The notes under the pieces were generated by a model, which was given only the letters and a program-made list of their open reading frames with translations, was not told the origin of the DNA and did not search any database. A DNA stretch of 64,000 nucleotides from Verrucomicrobiales bacterium (GTDB lineage: Bacteria; Verrucomicrobiota; Verrucomicrobiia; Verrucomicrobiales; DEV007): the NCBI GenBank assembly GCA_041742015.1, contig JBGSJM010000216.1, forward strand, positions 20,092 through 84,091, read 5' to 3'. Of the stretch, positions 38,296 through 48,919 are shown piece after piece. Position 1 is the first letter of the stretch. Each line of letters begins with the position of its first letter. A program made the position numbers and the translations under genes.

Positions 38296-39036
38296 ATGAT
38301 CTTTAGACTAAAATTTCTGATGGCCACCTTTTTCCTGAGCCATTTTACAGGCGCTGTTCACGGGATCAAAGCGATGGATGAAAAAAGTATACCGGCGGGG
38401 TGGGAATTGTCAGCGACTCTGGCTTTGTTCCGGAATTTGCCATTTGTCGAGTCAACACCATTTCCTGTCAGTCAAGGAGATGTCTATTTTTCTCAAAACG
38501 AAGACTTTCAGATCGAGAATACCGAGCAGGTTTTTACCAACACCTATCGGTTCTACCGTGCGACAAACGATGGGAAATTTATGGAGATCACCGTAGTGGA
38601 AAGACATACCATGGGCATGGGGGAAACACCCGAAGGCGAAGGGTATCTTAGGGTGGCGGATTTGGATCGTTCACTGGCGATTGTGGATGCAGTCCCGGAA
38701 GGCACGGATGTTTTGGCTGATTTGTCGAAGTTGCTTGCCTATATCTTCGATAATCGTCCGGCACTTTTGGTTTCAAAGGCCGGAGAGTTCGCCAAACAAC
38801 TCAATTACGGGAAAGAAGGCCGGATTCGCCCTGCAGATTACAATCAACCCAGAGTCTCCTTTTTTGAAGACAAGGCGGGGAAACTGGAAAAGATTCGGAT
38901 TTATGGAGTGGCTTCGCTCTTGAGCCAGGTTGGGGCAATTGGAGCGGTTGATGATATTCAAAATCAAGTATTAGAAGTCTCAATTGACGGTTCTGGAGTG
39001 GCGGATGCTTCATTAACTTCATTGCTTCGTCAGTAA
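38296..39036 (+). CDS. Hypothetical exported protein
   Basis: 246-aa ORF with signal-like N-terminus; no family recognised. Confidence 0.65.
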   Translation: MIFRLKFLMATFFLSHFTGAVHGIKAMDEKSIPAGWELSATLALFRNLPFVESTPFPVSQGDVYFSQNEDFQIENTEQVFTNTYRFYRATNDGKFMEITVVERHTMGMGETPEGEGYLRVADLDRSLAIVDAVPEGTDVLADLSKLLAYIFDNRPALLVSKAGEFAKQLNYGKEGRIRPADYNQPRVSFFEDKAGKLEKIRIYGVASLLSQVGAIGAVDDIQNQVLEVSIDGSGVADASLTSLLRQ

Positions 39037-39060
39037 CCGGAGATCAGACAAAAAGAACTT

Positions 39061-40404
39061 ATGAAAGAAAACAACACCACAGCGATCTCACCTACTTTGC
39101 TAAAAGCAGTCAGTGCCTCAATGCTGGCGCTGGTAGTTTGTTCCTTAACCAGTTGCCGCAAATCTGGGGGGAACGCAGTTGACGTTGCGAAAACAGTTCC
39201 CCTGGATTTTGCCGCACCGATTCATTATCTGTCTCACAATGTGGAAAGTAATTACCCAACCTCGGAGGCGATTCCGACTCCTCGTGCCATCACCAAGGTT
39301 GAAGGGGCCAGTATTTCGATCCAGGCACACAAGGACAATGGTGCCGCGCAACTCCGGGTCATTCAGTTGCCTGTAACCTTGAAATCCAATCCAGAAGGAG
39401 CCCGAATTCTGGCTGAATCGGGGGCTATTCAGGATTGCGATATTATGCTGACATACCGGCCGGGATGGGCCCCATTTAATGCGTATTGCAATATACAGCT
39501 CGGTGTTAGTCACGCAGCCCTCGCAACCATCGATTCAACTGGCGGTAAGAAAATCGTAAAATCCGTGGAGAGTCCGCTTAGTTACAGTTCCAACCTCGAT
39601 TATGCTGAGCACTATGGTGCGCTCGATTTGATGCATATTGTCCGTCCAGTTTTGACCGACACCCAGCGGAGCAATGTAAAAGCTTGGGCACTTCGAACCC
39701 TGGCTACGGCTAAAACTCGAGTTACATTTTTCACCGACTACGGGACACCCTATCAGAACCGAAAGTTTAAAGCCCCGGCAACCGGCAATCTTCCGCTGGA
39801 TTTGGCAAAAACCGTGATCCATCCTAAAAGTAACCTGAGTGTTGGGGTCTATTGTTCGGAGTTGGTTTGGGCCTTTTTGGCCCTTCGGGATATCAATCCT
39901 GATGAGTTGGCAAAGGAGTTTCCTGATGGTTCAGGCAAAGATCCCTCTGACTCCATCAAAGCCAGAATCAACCCCTTCTTCCAGCCGCTTCCGGGAGCCT
40001 CCAGTGAACCACTAAAAACTCCTGGGTTGATGCAGGGGCCGGATGTCCAGCTCCGCGCCTTGTATTCGGATGATGCGGAACGCCGCAAGTTTCTGCTTGA
40101 TAACGTGCTGATTCTTAAGGTAACCAACCCAGCCGAAACCGAGGGTCACCTGTCCACCGGGCACGCCATGGCGGCAAACGTGTTTCGTGCTGCAAAATTA
40201 CCCAAGGTGAGGGAATACTATTCCGTGAAGAATGAAGCGGCTTCCTTTCTTCCAGAATTAAATACTAGAATTTATCCAAATTATTCGCCGACCGTGTTTT
40301 TCACGCTTTGCAATCTGCCGAAAGCAAATCGGAAGATCAATTACGTGGCGACAGTTTCATATCTGCCCCGAGCAGAAGCAGCACCAGTTGTGAGTCCCCA
40401 GTAA
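39061..40404 (+). CDS. Lipoprotein, permuted papain-like NlpC/P60 (YiiX/YebB-like)
   Basis: Lipobox LTSC; DIML, SHAAL His precedes YCSELVW Cys. Confidence 0.65.
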   Translation: MKENNTTAISPTLLKAVSASMLALVVCSLTSCRKSGGNAVDVAKTVPLDFAAPIHYLSHNVESNYPTSEAIPTPRAITKVEGASISIQAHKDNGAAQLRVIQLPVTLKSNPEGARILAESGAIQDCDIMLTYRPGWAPFNAYCNIQLGVSHAALATIDSTGGKKIVKSVESPLSYSSNLDYAEHYGALDLMHIVRPVLTDTQRSNVKAWALRTLATAKTRVTFFTDYGTPYQNRKFKAPATGNLPLDLAKTVIHPKSNLSVGVYCSELVWAFLALRDINPDELAKEFPDGSGKDPSDSIKARINPFFQPLPGASSEPLKTPGLMQGPDVQLRALYSDDAERRKFLLDNVLILKVTNPAETEGHLSTGHAMAANVFRAAKLPKVREYYSVKNEAASFLPELNTRIYPNYSPTVFFTLCNLPKANRKINYVATVSYLPRAEAAPVVSPQ

Positions 40405-40464
40405 GTCTTCAACCAGCGACGGCAAATTTTATAAGCCGAATTGTTTATTGACGCTATCAATCCG

Positions 40465-41559
40465 ATGTTCCCCAGATTTGCGCTTCTTTTCTGCTTAATT
40501 ATCACAACAGGCTCTTCATCAATGGGAGAAGATGCTGTTTTCCGGATATTTGCGCCTTCGAGTAAAACCGAAACCCTCTGGGTGGTGGATGCAGTGGCCG
40601 ATTTGGATGGGCTGAAATTGAATGTGACCCAAAAAGTGCCCCTCGGCTTTGCAGCCCGGGTAATCACCAGTCACTCGGAAAAACCCTTAATCTACCTCGG
40701 TGCAAGCAATGGTGAATCTGGAAAGGTTCCATTTGCAGTGGTCAATCTCAACTCTCAGGGTGAATATGAAAAGCACCAACGGGTCGATCTGGAGGATGGC
40801 GCTGCCTACATTAGTCTTGACCGTCGGAATGCCTTCCTTTTAACAGTTAGTTATGGAAACGGACGTTTCCACTCCTATCCACTCGATGAAAATGGAATTC
40901 CCGGCAAGGCGTTTTCATCCATCGATGAAGCGCGCAAAGAAGCGCATTGTATCCTGGTTTCACCAAACAACCAGTTTCTCTATATCCCGTATGTAAAGGG
41001 CAATCTGGCTCTTTTTCAGTATCGGTTCGATGCCTCTTCGGGAAAGATTACCGCGCTTGATCCCAAAAATGCCAATCCTCCGGTAGGAACTGGGCCACGT
41101 CACCTGGCTTATCATCCGACAATGCCGATGGCCTATTTCACCAACGAACAGGGCGTCGGATTATCCACCTACCGTCTGTCGGGCAATGGACAACTTGAGT
41201 TGGCCCAAAATATCGAAGTGCTTCCCGAAGGGGTTTCCAAAGAAGGGCTCAGTGCTTCAGACATCGAGATCACTCCGGATGGCAGGTATCTTTTCGCTGG
41301 TTTGCGGGGGCACACCCAGAATTTCGATAAGATTGCGCGATATGTGATCAGAAAAAACGGCGAAGCAGAATTACTCGGTTTGACGGATGCTGACAAAATC
41401 CCATGGGGACTGGCTATTTCTCCGGACGGTCGATTCCTCCTCGTCTCTGCAACAACAGGTGCCTCACTCACCGCTTATCGTATCACGACAGATGGTGATC
41501 TCAACAAGACAGCGGCTCTTACCTGGGATCCGGAAATCTCCGATCTAATCGTTCGTTGA
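40465..41559 (+). CDS. Lactonase family 7-bladed propeller (Pgl-like)
   Basis: AHCI, GPRHLAYHP, SDIEITPDGRYLF, PWGLAISPDG. Confidence 0.88.
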   Translation: MFPRFALLFCLIITTGSSSMGEDAVFRIFAPSSKTETLWVVDAVADLDGLKLNVTQKVPLGFAARVITSHSEKPLIYLGASNGESGKVPFAVVNLNSQGEYEKHQRVDLEDGAAYISLDRRNAFLLTVSYGNGRFHSYPLDENGIPGKAFSSIDEARKEAHCILVSPNNQFLYIPYVKGNLALFQYRFDASSGKITALDPKNANPPVGTGPRHLAYHPTMPMAYFTNEQGVGLSTYRLSGNGQLELAQNIEVLPEGVSKEGLSASDIEITPDGRYLFAGLRGHTQNFDKIARYVIRKNGEAELLGLTDADKIPWGLAISPDGRFLLVSATTGASLTAYRITTDGDLNKTAALTWDPEISDLIVR

Positions 41560-41682
41560 AGTGCAATGCCCAGGGCATATAGCAAGATTAAACAACACTA
41601 ATCTCTGTCCTGAAGTTGATGATTTGTATCGATTTCAACCTTGCCAGACGATTTCTTTTAGGGCATGATGTAATTACAAAGT

Positions 41683-42312
41683 ATGTCAGACTTGGAAGAA
41701 TACCCTACACAGGCGGCCTCAGATTTCCCAAACACATCCGAGGATTGGAAAACCGAGCAGGGAATCGCGTTTTGGATTCTGCGACGAGGCGCCACCGAGC
41801 CGGGAGGCCCTTACACTGAGGAGGAAGTTTTGTATTTGTTGAAGGAGAACAACATTTCCAAACAGGACTATGTCTTTTTTCAGGGCCTCTCCGATTGGCG
41901 ACCGTTGGAGGAGGTTTTTGAAGTTCATGAAAAAATCACCCATTTTGTGGATGATGGACAGGACAAATATAAACTCGGGGAAGCTTTCCGCGAAGTCAGC
42001 CAGATCCTCTCCCCCAATGAGGAAATCTATTACATTGCGATTCAAAACCGGGCCGGTATTCTGACAAAGACAAGGCAGTGCGTCATCATCACCAACCAGC
42101 ATCTTTATCATCTCACAGAGAAAAGGGTTGGCTACGAACTGGAGGCCCACGATTGGGGAAGTATCTCCAATACCAAAATGAATGATGACAAAAAAGAGGT
42201 CGGTACCTTCTCCTTTCTGATTAATAATGATCGGCGAGTGGACATTCCCCACATCCCCATGGCCCAGGTGCGGCGCTTATTTGAACTTTCCTGTGAAATG
42301 AAAGTGCGGTAA
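41683..42312 (+). CDS. GYF_2 (DUF4339) + bacterial PH domain protein
   Basis: GPYT..GLSDWRPL, then LSPNEEI..AIQ..IITNQ. Confidence 0.75.
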   Translation: MSDLEEYPTQAASDFPNTSEDWKTEQGIAFWILRRGATEPGGPYTEEEVLYLLKENNISKQDYVFFQGLSDWRPLEEVFEVHEKITHFVDDGQDKYKLGEAFREVSQILSPNEEIYYIAIQNRAGILTKTRQCVIITNQHLYHLTEKRVGYELEAHDWGSISNTKMNDDKKEVGTFSFLINNDRRVDIPHIPMAQVRRLFELSCEMKVR

Positions 42313-42326
42313 AGAGGCCATTTACC

Positions 42327-43223
42327 ATGCTGATCCAAAAGCCTGATCTGAATAGCCAGAAAAACACGTTTAAAGAGAGACTCTGGCGAATTATATTCCT
42401 GTCGGACACTCCGGCTGGAAGGATCTTCGACATCGTGCTGATGTGGCTCATCTCTGGGAGCATCCTGGTGGTTATGCTGGAAAGCGTCAAAGAGATCGAC
42501 CAACAATATAACCGCCTCTTTAATAATCTGGAGTGGTGCTTTACGATCCTTTTTACGGTGGAGTATTTGTTGCGGCTGTGGACGGTGCGAAAAAAGCTCC
42601 ACTATGTGTTCAGCTTTTTCGGGGTGGTTGATTTGCTTTCGATCCTGCCGAGTTACCTGGAGCTTTTCTTTACTGGCTCGGGGCATTTTATGGTGATCCG
42701 GGTTCTGCGATTGCTGAGGATGTTCAGGATTCTGAAGATGGCCCATCACACCGGGCAGGCTAATATTCTGATCAATGCCCTGCGGAGCAGCCGGGGAAAA
42801 ATTTTCGTCTTCCTTTTTGGGGTGTTTACCATCGTGTGTATCCAGGGCACCCTGATCTATTTGATTGAGGGCGGGCAGGAGGAATCCGGATTTACCAGTA
42901 TCCCGCAATCGATTTACTGGAGCATCGTCACCATCACCACGGTGGGTTACGGGGACATTACCCCAGTGACGGTGCTGGGGAAAATTCTCGCCTCTCTGAT
43001 TATGCTGACAGGTTTTGCCATCATCGCAGTACCGACCGGAATTGTCACCGCAGAGCTGCAACGCCAGGAATTGGAAGCCGTCAGACTGGATCGTCGGAAA
43101 TGCCGCGAGTGCGGTCAACTGGGGCACGAACCAGGGGCCTGTTACTGCAAAATGTGCGGGGTCGACCTGGCCGACGCTGAAGTGATCGACGACCGCCGCA
43201 ACCGCCTCGACGCCACTAGTTGA
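42327..43223 (+). CDS. Voltage-gated potassium channel (6TM)
   Basis: S4 RVLRLLRMFRILK, filter TVGYGD, C-terminal CxxC..CxxC. Confidence 0.95.
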   Translation: MLIQKPDLNSQKNTFKERLWRIIFLSDTPAGRIFDIVLMWLISGSILVVMLESVKEIDQQYNRLFNNLEWCFTILFTVEYLLRLWTVRKKLHYVFSFFGVVDLLSILPSYLELFFTGSGHFMVIRVLRLLRMFRILKMAHHTGQANILINALRSSRGKIFVFLFGVFTIVCIQGTLIYLIEGGQEESGFTSIPQSIYWSIVTITTVGYGDITPVTVLGKILASLIMLTGFAIIAVPTGIVTAELQRQELEAVRLDRRKCRECGQLGHEPGACYCKMCGVDLADAEVIDDRRNRLDATS

Positions 43224-43224
43224 G

Positions 43225-44772
43225 CTACTGAAGCCGGAAACACTTCACGCTGTTGTCGGTGCGGAAAAAGATGTCCCCCTTGACGATGGCCGGAGAGGCG
43301 CAATGCAGCGCTGCCACTTTGGTTTTCCCCGTGACCTTGTATTCAGTTGGCGTGGCCTCGATCATGGAAAGAAGGCCGCCCCGGTTTTCGTAAACCAAGA
43401 GTTTCCCATCCGCCAGAATTGGCGATGAAATCGCCGACTGGACGGGACGCTCCCAGGCTTCTTCCCCAGTCTCAAGCTTAAGACACCAATGCCGGGCGCT
43501 CCCCAGATGGTAAACGTAACCGTTGTAAATAATCGGGCTGCATTGGTAGCGCAGCGTCGTAAATTCTTTGGACCAGGCTTTCTGGGGGCCCTCGCCAGTC
43601 AGGCGATAAGCGATCAAATTCATCCCTTCCGTTGGGCTGGGCACCACAAAGTAGTCTCCAGAAACAACCGGAGAGGAATCGCCACCGCCCGAAGTCGTCC
43701 ACTTGGTTTGGCCCGTTTCGGCATCTACCCCGATCACTTCTTTATTGGAATTGCAGAGCACCGTGTTTTTCCAGAGATTTGGTGAAGAGTTCGAAGCTTT
43801 AACATCGCCATTTTCCCAGACAACCTGGCCGGTCGCTGCGTCGAAAGCGGTGAGTTTGCCATGTTGGATAAAAACTTTTCCGTAAACCACCATGGGAGAA
43901 CTGGCGATGCCTTTTCGGCTGAGCGGAGCCTTCCAAACTTCAGTCCCGGTTGCTTCATCCACACAATAAAGGTGGGTGCTCAGCGCAGCGTAGATTCGGC
44001 CATCTTGTACGGTGGGAGTGCTGGAGGCATTGCGACCCGCAGCGAAACCTGGAACCTCAAATTTCCAAACTTCCTTTCCGGTTGCGGCATCAAGGGCCAA
44101 AATCACATCGTTTGCCAGTTTTTCGGTATTGGGAACTTTGGAGAGAATTTGAGCCTTTTCCGCGTCGCTCCAATCCTGGGCGGCCACCCAGGTTTCGAGT
44201 TCTACTTGATTTTGAAACACGTGATTCCTCTTCTGGCTAACCTCCTCAAGCACCCTGAGTTCAATCGCCTGGGAGCCCTTGATAAAGCGACTCGCCACCC
44301 AGGAGCCGAGAGTAACTTGGGATTTCTGATCCAAATTTTCCTCTACCCATTTCTTGGCATAATCTTCGAGTTCTTTTCCCCGAAGACGCCGACTCAGGTT
44401 TTTCCGATCTGTCTCCATTTTTGCAACCAAGGCGGGGTCGAGAGAGTTGGTACTGCGGTGATCCAGGCTACTCAAGACGATGCTGCTGAACTGCCGCCGC
44501 TCCGTCGGAACATCCCGATGCCACACCATAGCTACGAAGACATTCCCTTTGGAGACAACCAAGCTACCGTGCCCACCGTCATGGTCGCTGGGGATGTTGG
44601 GCACTTCCCAAAGTTGGATCGGCTGGTTTTCCTCGGTAATTTTTGGAAGGGGAAAAACTTCCTCGGAAATACCATTCCGCGATGGCCCCCTCCATTGCGG
44701 CCAGTCTGCGAGGAGGGGGGTAATGCTGAAAAACAGCATCAATATAATTCCCGAAAAAATGAGCTTGTACAT
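43225..44772 (-). CDS. PQQ-binding-like beta-propeller protein
   Basis: ADWPQWRGPSRNG, LDAATGKEVW repeats, helical insertion. Confidence 0.88.
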   Translation of the reverse strand: MYKLIFSGIILMLFFSITPLLADWPQWRGPSRNGISEEVFPLPKITEENQPIQLWEVPNIPSDHDGGHGSLVVSKGNVFVAMVWHRDVPTERRQFSSIVLSSLDHRSTNSLDPALVAKMETDRKNLSRRLRGKELEDYAKKWVEENLDQKSQVTLGSWVASRFIKGSQAIELRVLEEVSQKRNHVFQNQVELETWVAAQDWSDAEKAQILSKVPNTEKLANDVILALDAATGKEVWKFEVPGFAAGRNASSTPTVQDGRIYAALSTHLYCVDEATGTEVWKAPLSRKGIASSPMVVYGKVFIQHGKLTAFDAATGQVVWENGDVKASNSSPNLWKNTVLCNSNKEVIGVDAETGQTKWTTSGGGDSSPVVSGDYFVVPSPTEGMNLIAYRLTGEGPQKAWSKEFTTLRYQCSPIIYNGYVYHLGSARHWCLKLETGEEAWERPVQSAISSPILADGKLLVYENRGGLLSMIEATPTEYKVTGKTKVAALHCASPAIVKGDIFFRTDNSVKCFRLQ

Positions 44773-44823
44773 AACATCTCAGCCTTCCGTTTTTTCGCCA
44801 AAACGCAAATCCCTGATTCCCGG

Positions 44824-44888
44824 ATTGTACCCTCTATGATTGACGATTGTATACTGTATGATCAAGGATTGTACCCTGTTTGATCGAC
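44824..44888 (+). repeat. 22-bp-phased TGTACCCTGT cluster 5 (3 units)
   Basis: Units at 44826, 44848, 44870; runs directly into the 41-bp array. Confidence 0.88.
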
Positions 44889-45154
44889 GGGGGATTCCCC
44901 CGCGGCGATAGACGACTCCCGATTGACGTGGGGGAATCCCCCACGGCGATAGACGACTCCCGATTGACGTGGGGGAATCCCCCACGGCGATAGACGACTC
45001 CCGATTGACGTGGGGGAATCCCCCACGGCGGTAGACGACTCCCGATTGACGTGGGGGAATCCCCCACGGCGGTAGACGACTCCAGATTGACGTGGGGGAC
45101 TCCCCCACGGCGATAGACGACTCCCGATTGACGTGGGGGAATCCCCATGGCGAT
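44887..45154. repeat. 41-bp palindromic tandem array A (about 6.5 units)
   Basis: GTGGGGGAATCCCCCACGGCGATAGACGACTCCCGATTGAC at 44928, 44969, 45010, 45051, 45092, plus degenerate ends. Confidence 0.95.
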
Positions 45155-45216
45155 CCCCAAACTCGCCTGAATGCGCATTCGCCACCAAGCGCGATCAGTC
45201 CTATCATTTCGGGAAA

Positions 45217-48177
45217 ATGAAGTCATTTCTGTTCATCAATCTGCTGACAATTATTTTTACTGCCCTGCGTGCCGCCGGGGAGACATTGGATCAGCCTTTA
45301 AGCCCGATGGAAGCTGCCGCAACCATGAAAGTGCCGGTGGGATTTTCCGTGTCGCTTTTTGCAGGTGAGCCGGATATCGTTCAACCGATCAATTTCTGTA
45401 TCGACGACCGCAGTCGCCTCTGGGTCTGCGAAGCGCACAACTACCCCGTCCACGGGACCACTGCCGGTGACCGGATCATCATCCTAGAAGATACCGATCA
45501 CGATGGCCGCCACGACAAGAGAACGATCTTTTACGAGGGCCTGAATTATGTGACCGGCATCGAAGTCGGCTTTGGTGGTGCCTGGGTGATGTCTCCGCCT
45601 TACTTCTACTTTATCCCCGATAAAAACAAAGATGACATTCCCGATACCGCGCCAGAACTGGTGCTGGACGGCTTCGGCAATCACTCCAATTCCCACAATC
45701 TGGCCAACGGCTTTGCCTGGGGGCCGGATGGCTGGCTCTACGGAACCCACGGACGGACCAATTGGTCGAAAATCGGCAAACCCGGCTCCCCGGAAAAGGA
45801 TCGAAAAGTGTTTGATGGCGGGGTTTGGAGATTTCACCCCGTCACCAAAAAATGGGAGCCATTCTGCGATGGCACGACCAATCCCTGGGGAATCGACTGG
45901 GATGAATCAGGAGAAGCTTTTATCACCAACTGCGTCAACCCCCATCTTTTCCACGCCATCCAGGGAGCCCACTACGAGCCCTGGCGGGGGCGGGAATCCA
46001 GCCGATTCGCCTATCGCCGGATCAACACCATCGCTGACCATGTCCACTATGTTTCCGGCCAGGGACTCCGCGACAATCTCGGCTCGGAGGAAGTGCTCAA
46101 TCTGGGTGGCGGCCACGCCCACTGTGGGTCCATGATTTATCGTGGCGGAGCCTTCCCTACTCGGTATCACGGCACCATTTTTATGAACAACATTCACGGG
46201 AAACGGATTAATAACGATATCCTTACGCCATCCGGCTCGGGATACACCGCGAGTCACGGGGCTGATTTTGCCATTTCCAAAGATCCCTGGTTTATGGGCG
46301 TAACCCTGCAATATGGTCCGGATGGCTCTGTCTTCGCCAGCGACTGGTCCGACACGGGTGAATGCCACAGTGTCCGCAACACCCGTAAAGAAACCGGGCG
46401 AATCTACAAAATCAGCTACCTGAACCACGGGGGGGAGAAATCCTCACGGATTCCTCTACGGATTGATGTCTCTAGCCTGTCTGATCGCGAACTGGTCAGT
46501 CTGTTGACCCACAAAAACCAATGGTGGGTCAGGCACGCGCGGCGCAACCTGCAGGAGCGCGCTGCTGCCGGGGTTAACCTGGGTGACGCTCTCGCCACCA
46601 TGGACGCCACCGCTCCGAACCAACGTCTCGAAGCTCTCTGGACTCGTCACGTCACTGGCACTATCTCCGATCCCGAGCTTCTCGAACTTTTGGACGATGA
46701 CTCCGCCCCGATCCGAAGCTGGGCAATCCGCCTGCTGGCTGAAGATGGGCTCCTGACCCCGGACCAACTCAAAACCATCGAGCTTACCGCTACAAGAGAT
46801 GTATCTCCGGCGGTCAGACTGAGCATCACCTCCGCATTGCAACGCATCCCGCCGGAACAACGCTGGGGAGCTTTGAAAATCCTTTCCGAAAAGGAGGAAG
46901 ATGCCAACGATCAAAATCTCCCGCTGATGGTTTGGTATGCTCTGGAACCCCTGATTGATACCGATATCCAGCGTTTTTCCGCTTTTGCCCGAGAGGCTCG
47001 AATCCCGGTGATTCGCGAACACGTCGCTCGACGCATCGCCGAACACCCAGTTGGTCGCAGCCAGCTTTCGATCCTGACCAGTCATCTCCCCATGGTTGAT
47101 TCCGCCGTGGCCAGTGACATCCTGGAGGGGCTCCTTGAAGGGTTAAAAGGCTCTAAAAATCTCCCTAAACCACCGGAATGGGACGAAGGTTACCGCAAAT
47201 TGATCGACTGCCAGTCAGAGGTGGTGCGCCGCAAAGCCACCGAACTGGCCCTGATTTTCGGCGACCCGAATGCCGCAGTTTTCCTGAAAAAACAAATCGC
47301 CGACGCCGCAAATTCACCGGAAAATCGCAATCGCTGCCTTCAATCTCTCATCGATTCGCCTACTGCCGATACCGGTGCCTACCTGATCACTCTGCTGGGC
47401 GATGCAAGCATCAACCAAACCGCGATCCGGGGACTGGCAAAATTCAGCGGCTTTCACGACACTCTCCTCAATCAATACACATCCTTTTCGACATCAGCCC
47501 GGCAGGACATCCTGCAAACCCTCGCTGCGCGAGTGGACTCTGCCAATGCCCTGCTCGACAGGATCGAAAGTGGCAACATCCCGAAAGGAGACCTCAACGC
47601 CTTCACTGCCCGGCAGATTTCCAGTCTTCACGTTAACCTCGCCGGGCGAATCCGGAAAAGCTGGGGCGAACTGCGAACCCCGGAAAAAGCCAAGCGTCAA
47701 TTAATCGAAAGTTATTTGAAGGAACTCAAGCCCGAAGCTATCGCCGCTGCGGATCCTGCCGCCGGACGCGGGCATTTCCAAATGCTCTGTGCCGGGTGCC
47801 ACCAGATGTTCGGCGAAGGCGGAAAGATCGGCCCGGAGCTAACCGGTTCCCAACGCACCAATCTGGAGTACCTCCTCGAAAACATTATAGACCCAAGCGC
47901 AGCGGTTTCTAAAGATTACCAGATGAATATCATTAGACTAAAAAGTGGGCAGACACTTTCTGGTTTTATCAGCTCGCAGGCCGACGAAACCCTGACGATC
48001 CAGTCAATCAATGAACAGGTTGTCGTGAGAAAAACCGAAATCGCTGAACAAACCCAATCCCCGTTATCCATCATGCCCGAGGGGCTCCTGCAAATTTTAC
48101 CCAAAGAAAAAGTACGGGAATTAATTGCCTATTTGTCCTCTCCCCACCAGGTTGCTCTGCCATTGCCGCCGCAGTAG
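45217..48177 (+). CDS. PVC-type heme-binding CxxCH protein (membrane-bound dehydrogenase domain)
   Basis: FAGEPD..QPI, LEDTDHDG, WGPDGWLYG, HEAT repeats, CAGCH, IGPELTG, SIMPEGL. Confidence 0.92.
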   Translation: MKSFLFINLLTIIFTALRAAGETLDQPLSPMEAAATMKVPVGFSVSLFAGEPDIVQPINFCIDDRSRLWVCEAHNYPVHGTTAGDRIIILEDTDHDGRHDKRTIFYEGLNYVTGIEVGFGGAWVMSPPYFYFIPDKNKDDIPDTAPELVLDGFGNHSNSHNLANGFAWGPDGWLYGTHGRTNWSKIGKPGSPEKDRKVFDGGVWRFHPVTKKWEPFCDGTTNPWGIDWDESGEAFITNCVNPHLFHAIQGAHYEPWRGRESSRFAYRRINTIADHVHYVSGQGLRDNLGSEEVLNLGGGHAHCGSMIYRGGAFPTRYHGTIFMNNIHGKRINNDILTPSGSGYTASHGADFAISKDPWFMGVTLQYGPDGSVFASDWSDTGECHSVRNTRKETGRIYKISYLNHGGEKSSRIPLRIDVSSLSDRELVSLLTHKNQWWVRHARRNLQERAAAGVNLGDALATMDATAPNQRLEALWTRHVTGTISDPELLELLDDDSAPIRSWAIRLLAEDGLLTPDQLKTIELTATRDVSPAVRLSITSALQRIPPEQRWGALKILSEKEEDANDQNLPLMVWYALEPLIDTDIQRFSAFAREARIPVIREHVARRIAEHPVGRSQLSILTSHLPMVDSAVASDILEGLLEGLKGSKNLPKPPEWDEGYRKLIDCQSEVVRRKATELALIFGDPNAAVFLKKQIADAANSPENRNRCLQSLIDSPTADTGAYLITLLGDASINQTAIRGLAKFSGFHDTLLNQYTSFSTSARQDILQTLAARVDSANALLDRIESGNIPKGDLNAFTARQISSLHVNLAGRIRKSWGELRTPEKAKRQLIESYLKELKPEAIAAADPAAGRGHFQMLCAGCHQMFGEGGKIGPELTGSQRTNLEYLLENIIDPSAAVSKDYQMNIIRLKSGQTLSGFISSQADETLTIQSINEQVVVRKTEIAEQTQSPLSIMPEGLLQILPKEKVRELIAYLSSPHQVALPLPPQ

Positions 48178-48209
48178 TGCACTCCATGACTCCTTTGCAA
48201 AACACAAAC

Positions 48210-48911
48210 ATGAAACTCTTCTCAATTCTACTGGCTCTTTCTGGGTTGATCCAGGCTGAGGAACCTATCAATCTGGAAACCTATCGGGCTGCGGCGGTCG
48301 AGAAATGGGAAAAGGAAATTGGAAAATTGGAGGCTCGCGACCGTTCCGAAACCCATCCGGCGGACAGCATCCTGTTTGTCGGCAGTTCCAGCATTCGCCT
48401 GTGGAGTCGGATTGCGACTGACATGTTGCCCTATCACGCGATCAATCGCGGCTTTGGTGGTTCCAAATTTTCCGATCTCGCCATTTATGCCGACCGCTTG
48501 ATCACCCCGCACCAGTTTCGGGCGGTGGTCATTTTTGTGGGTAATGACATCGCCGGGAAATCAGATGACAAATCGCCGGAGGAAGTTGCCGCGCTGTTTT
48601 CCTATTTCCACGGGAAAATTCGAGCCCACAATCCCTCGGCATCGATCTTTTACATCGCGGTGACTCCCACGCCCTCCCGCGCCAAAGTCTGGGAAAAAGC
48701 CAGGGCGGCAAACTCATCCATCCGGGAAATTTGCCTGAAAACGGACAACACTTATTTTATCGGCACGGAAAGCATTTTTCTGGATGCCCATGGAAATTCC
48801 AAACCGGATTTGTTCCGCGATGACCAACTTCATCTCAATGCGGCAGGCTACCGTCTCTGGACGGCGGCTATTAAGAGCCATCTCGATTCCGCTCTCAACG
48901 GAGCCAAGTGA
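48210..48911 (+). CDS. GDSL-like lipase/acylhydrolase
   Basis: FVGSSSI, NRGFGGS, GND, DQLH. Confidence 0.9.
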   Translation: MKLFSILLALSGLIQAEEPINLETYRAAAVEKWEKEIGKLEARDRSETHPADSILFVGSSSIRLWSRIATDMLPYHAINRGFGGSKFSDLAIYADRLITPHQFRAVVIFVGNDIAGKSDDKSPEEVAALFSYFHGKIRAHNPSASIFYIAVTPTPSRAKVWEKARAANSSIREICLKTDNTYFIGTESIFLDAHGNSKPDLFRDDQLHLNAAGYRLWTAAIKSHLDSALNGAK

Positions 48912-48919
48912 AGTATGCC

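Noticed and set aside
44887-45154. Array A as a CRISPR array (29-bp palindromic repeat with GGGGA..TCCCC stem)
   Set aside because: Linkers are only 12 bp and essentially identical; no cas genes or leader.
44779-45226. Three overlapping minus-strand ORFs (GFPHVNRESS repeats)
   Set aside because: Translations of the 41-bp array cycling through frames.
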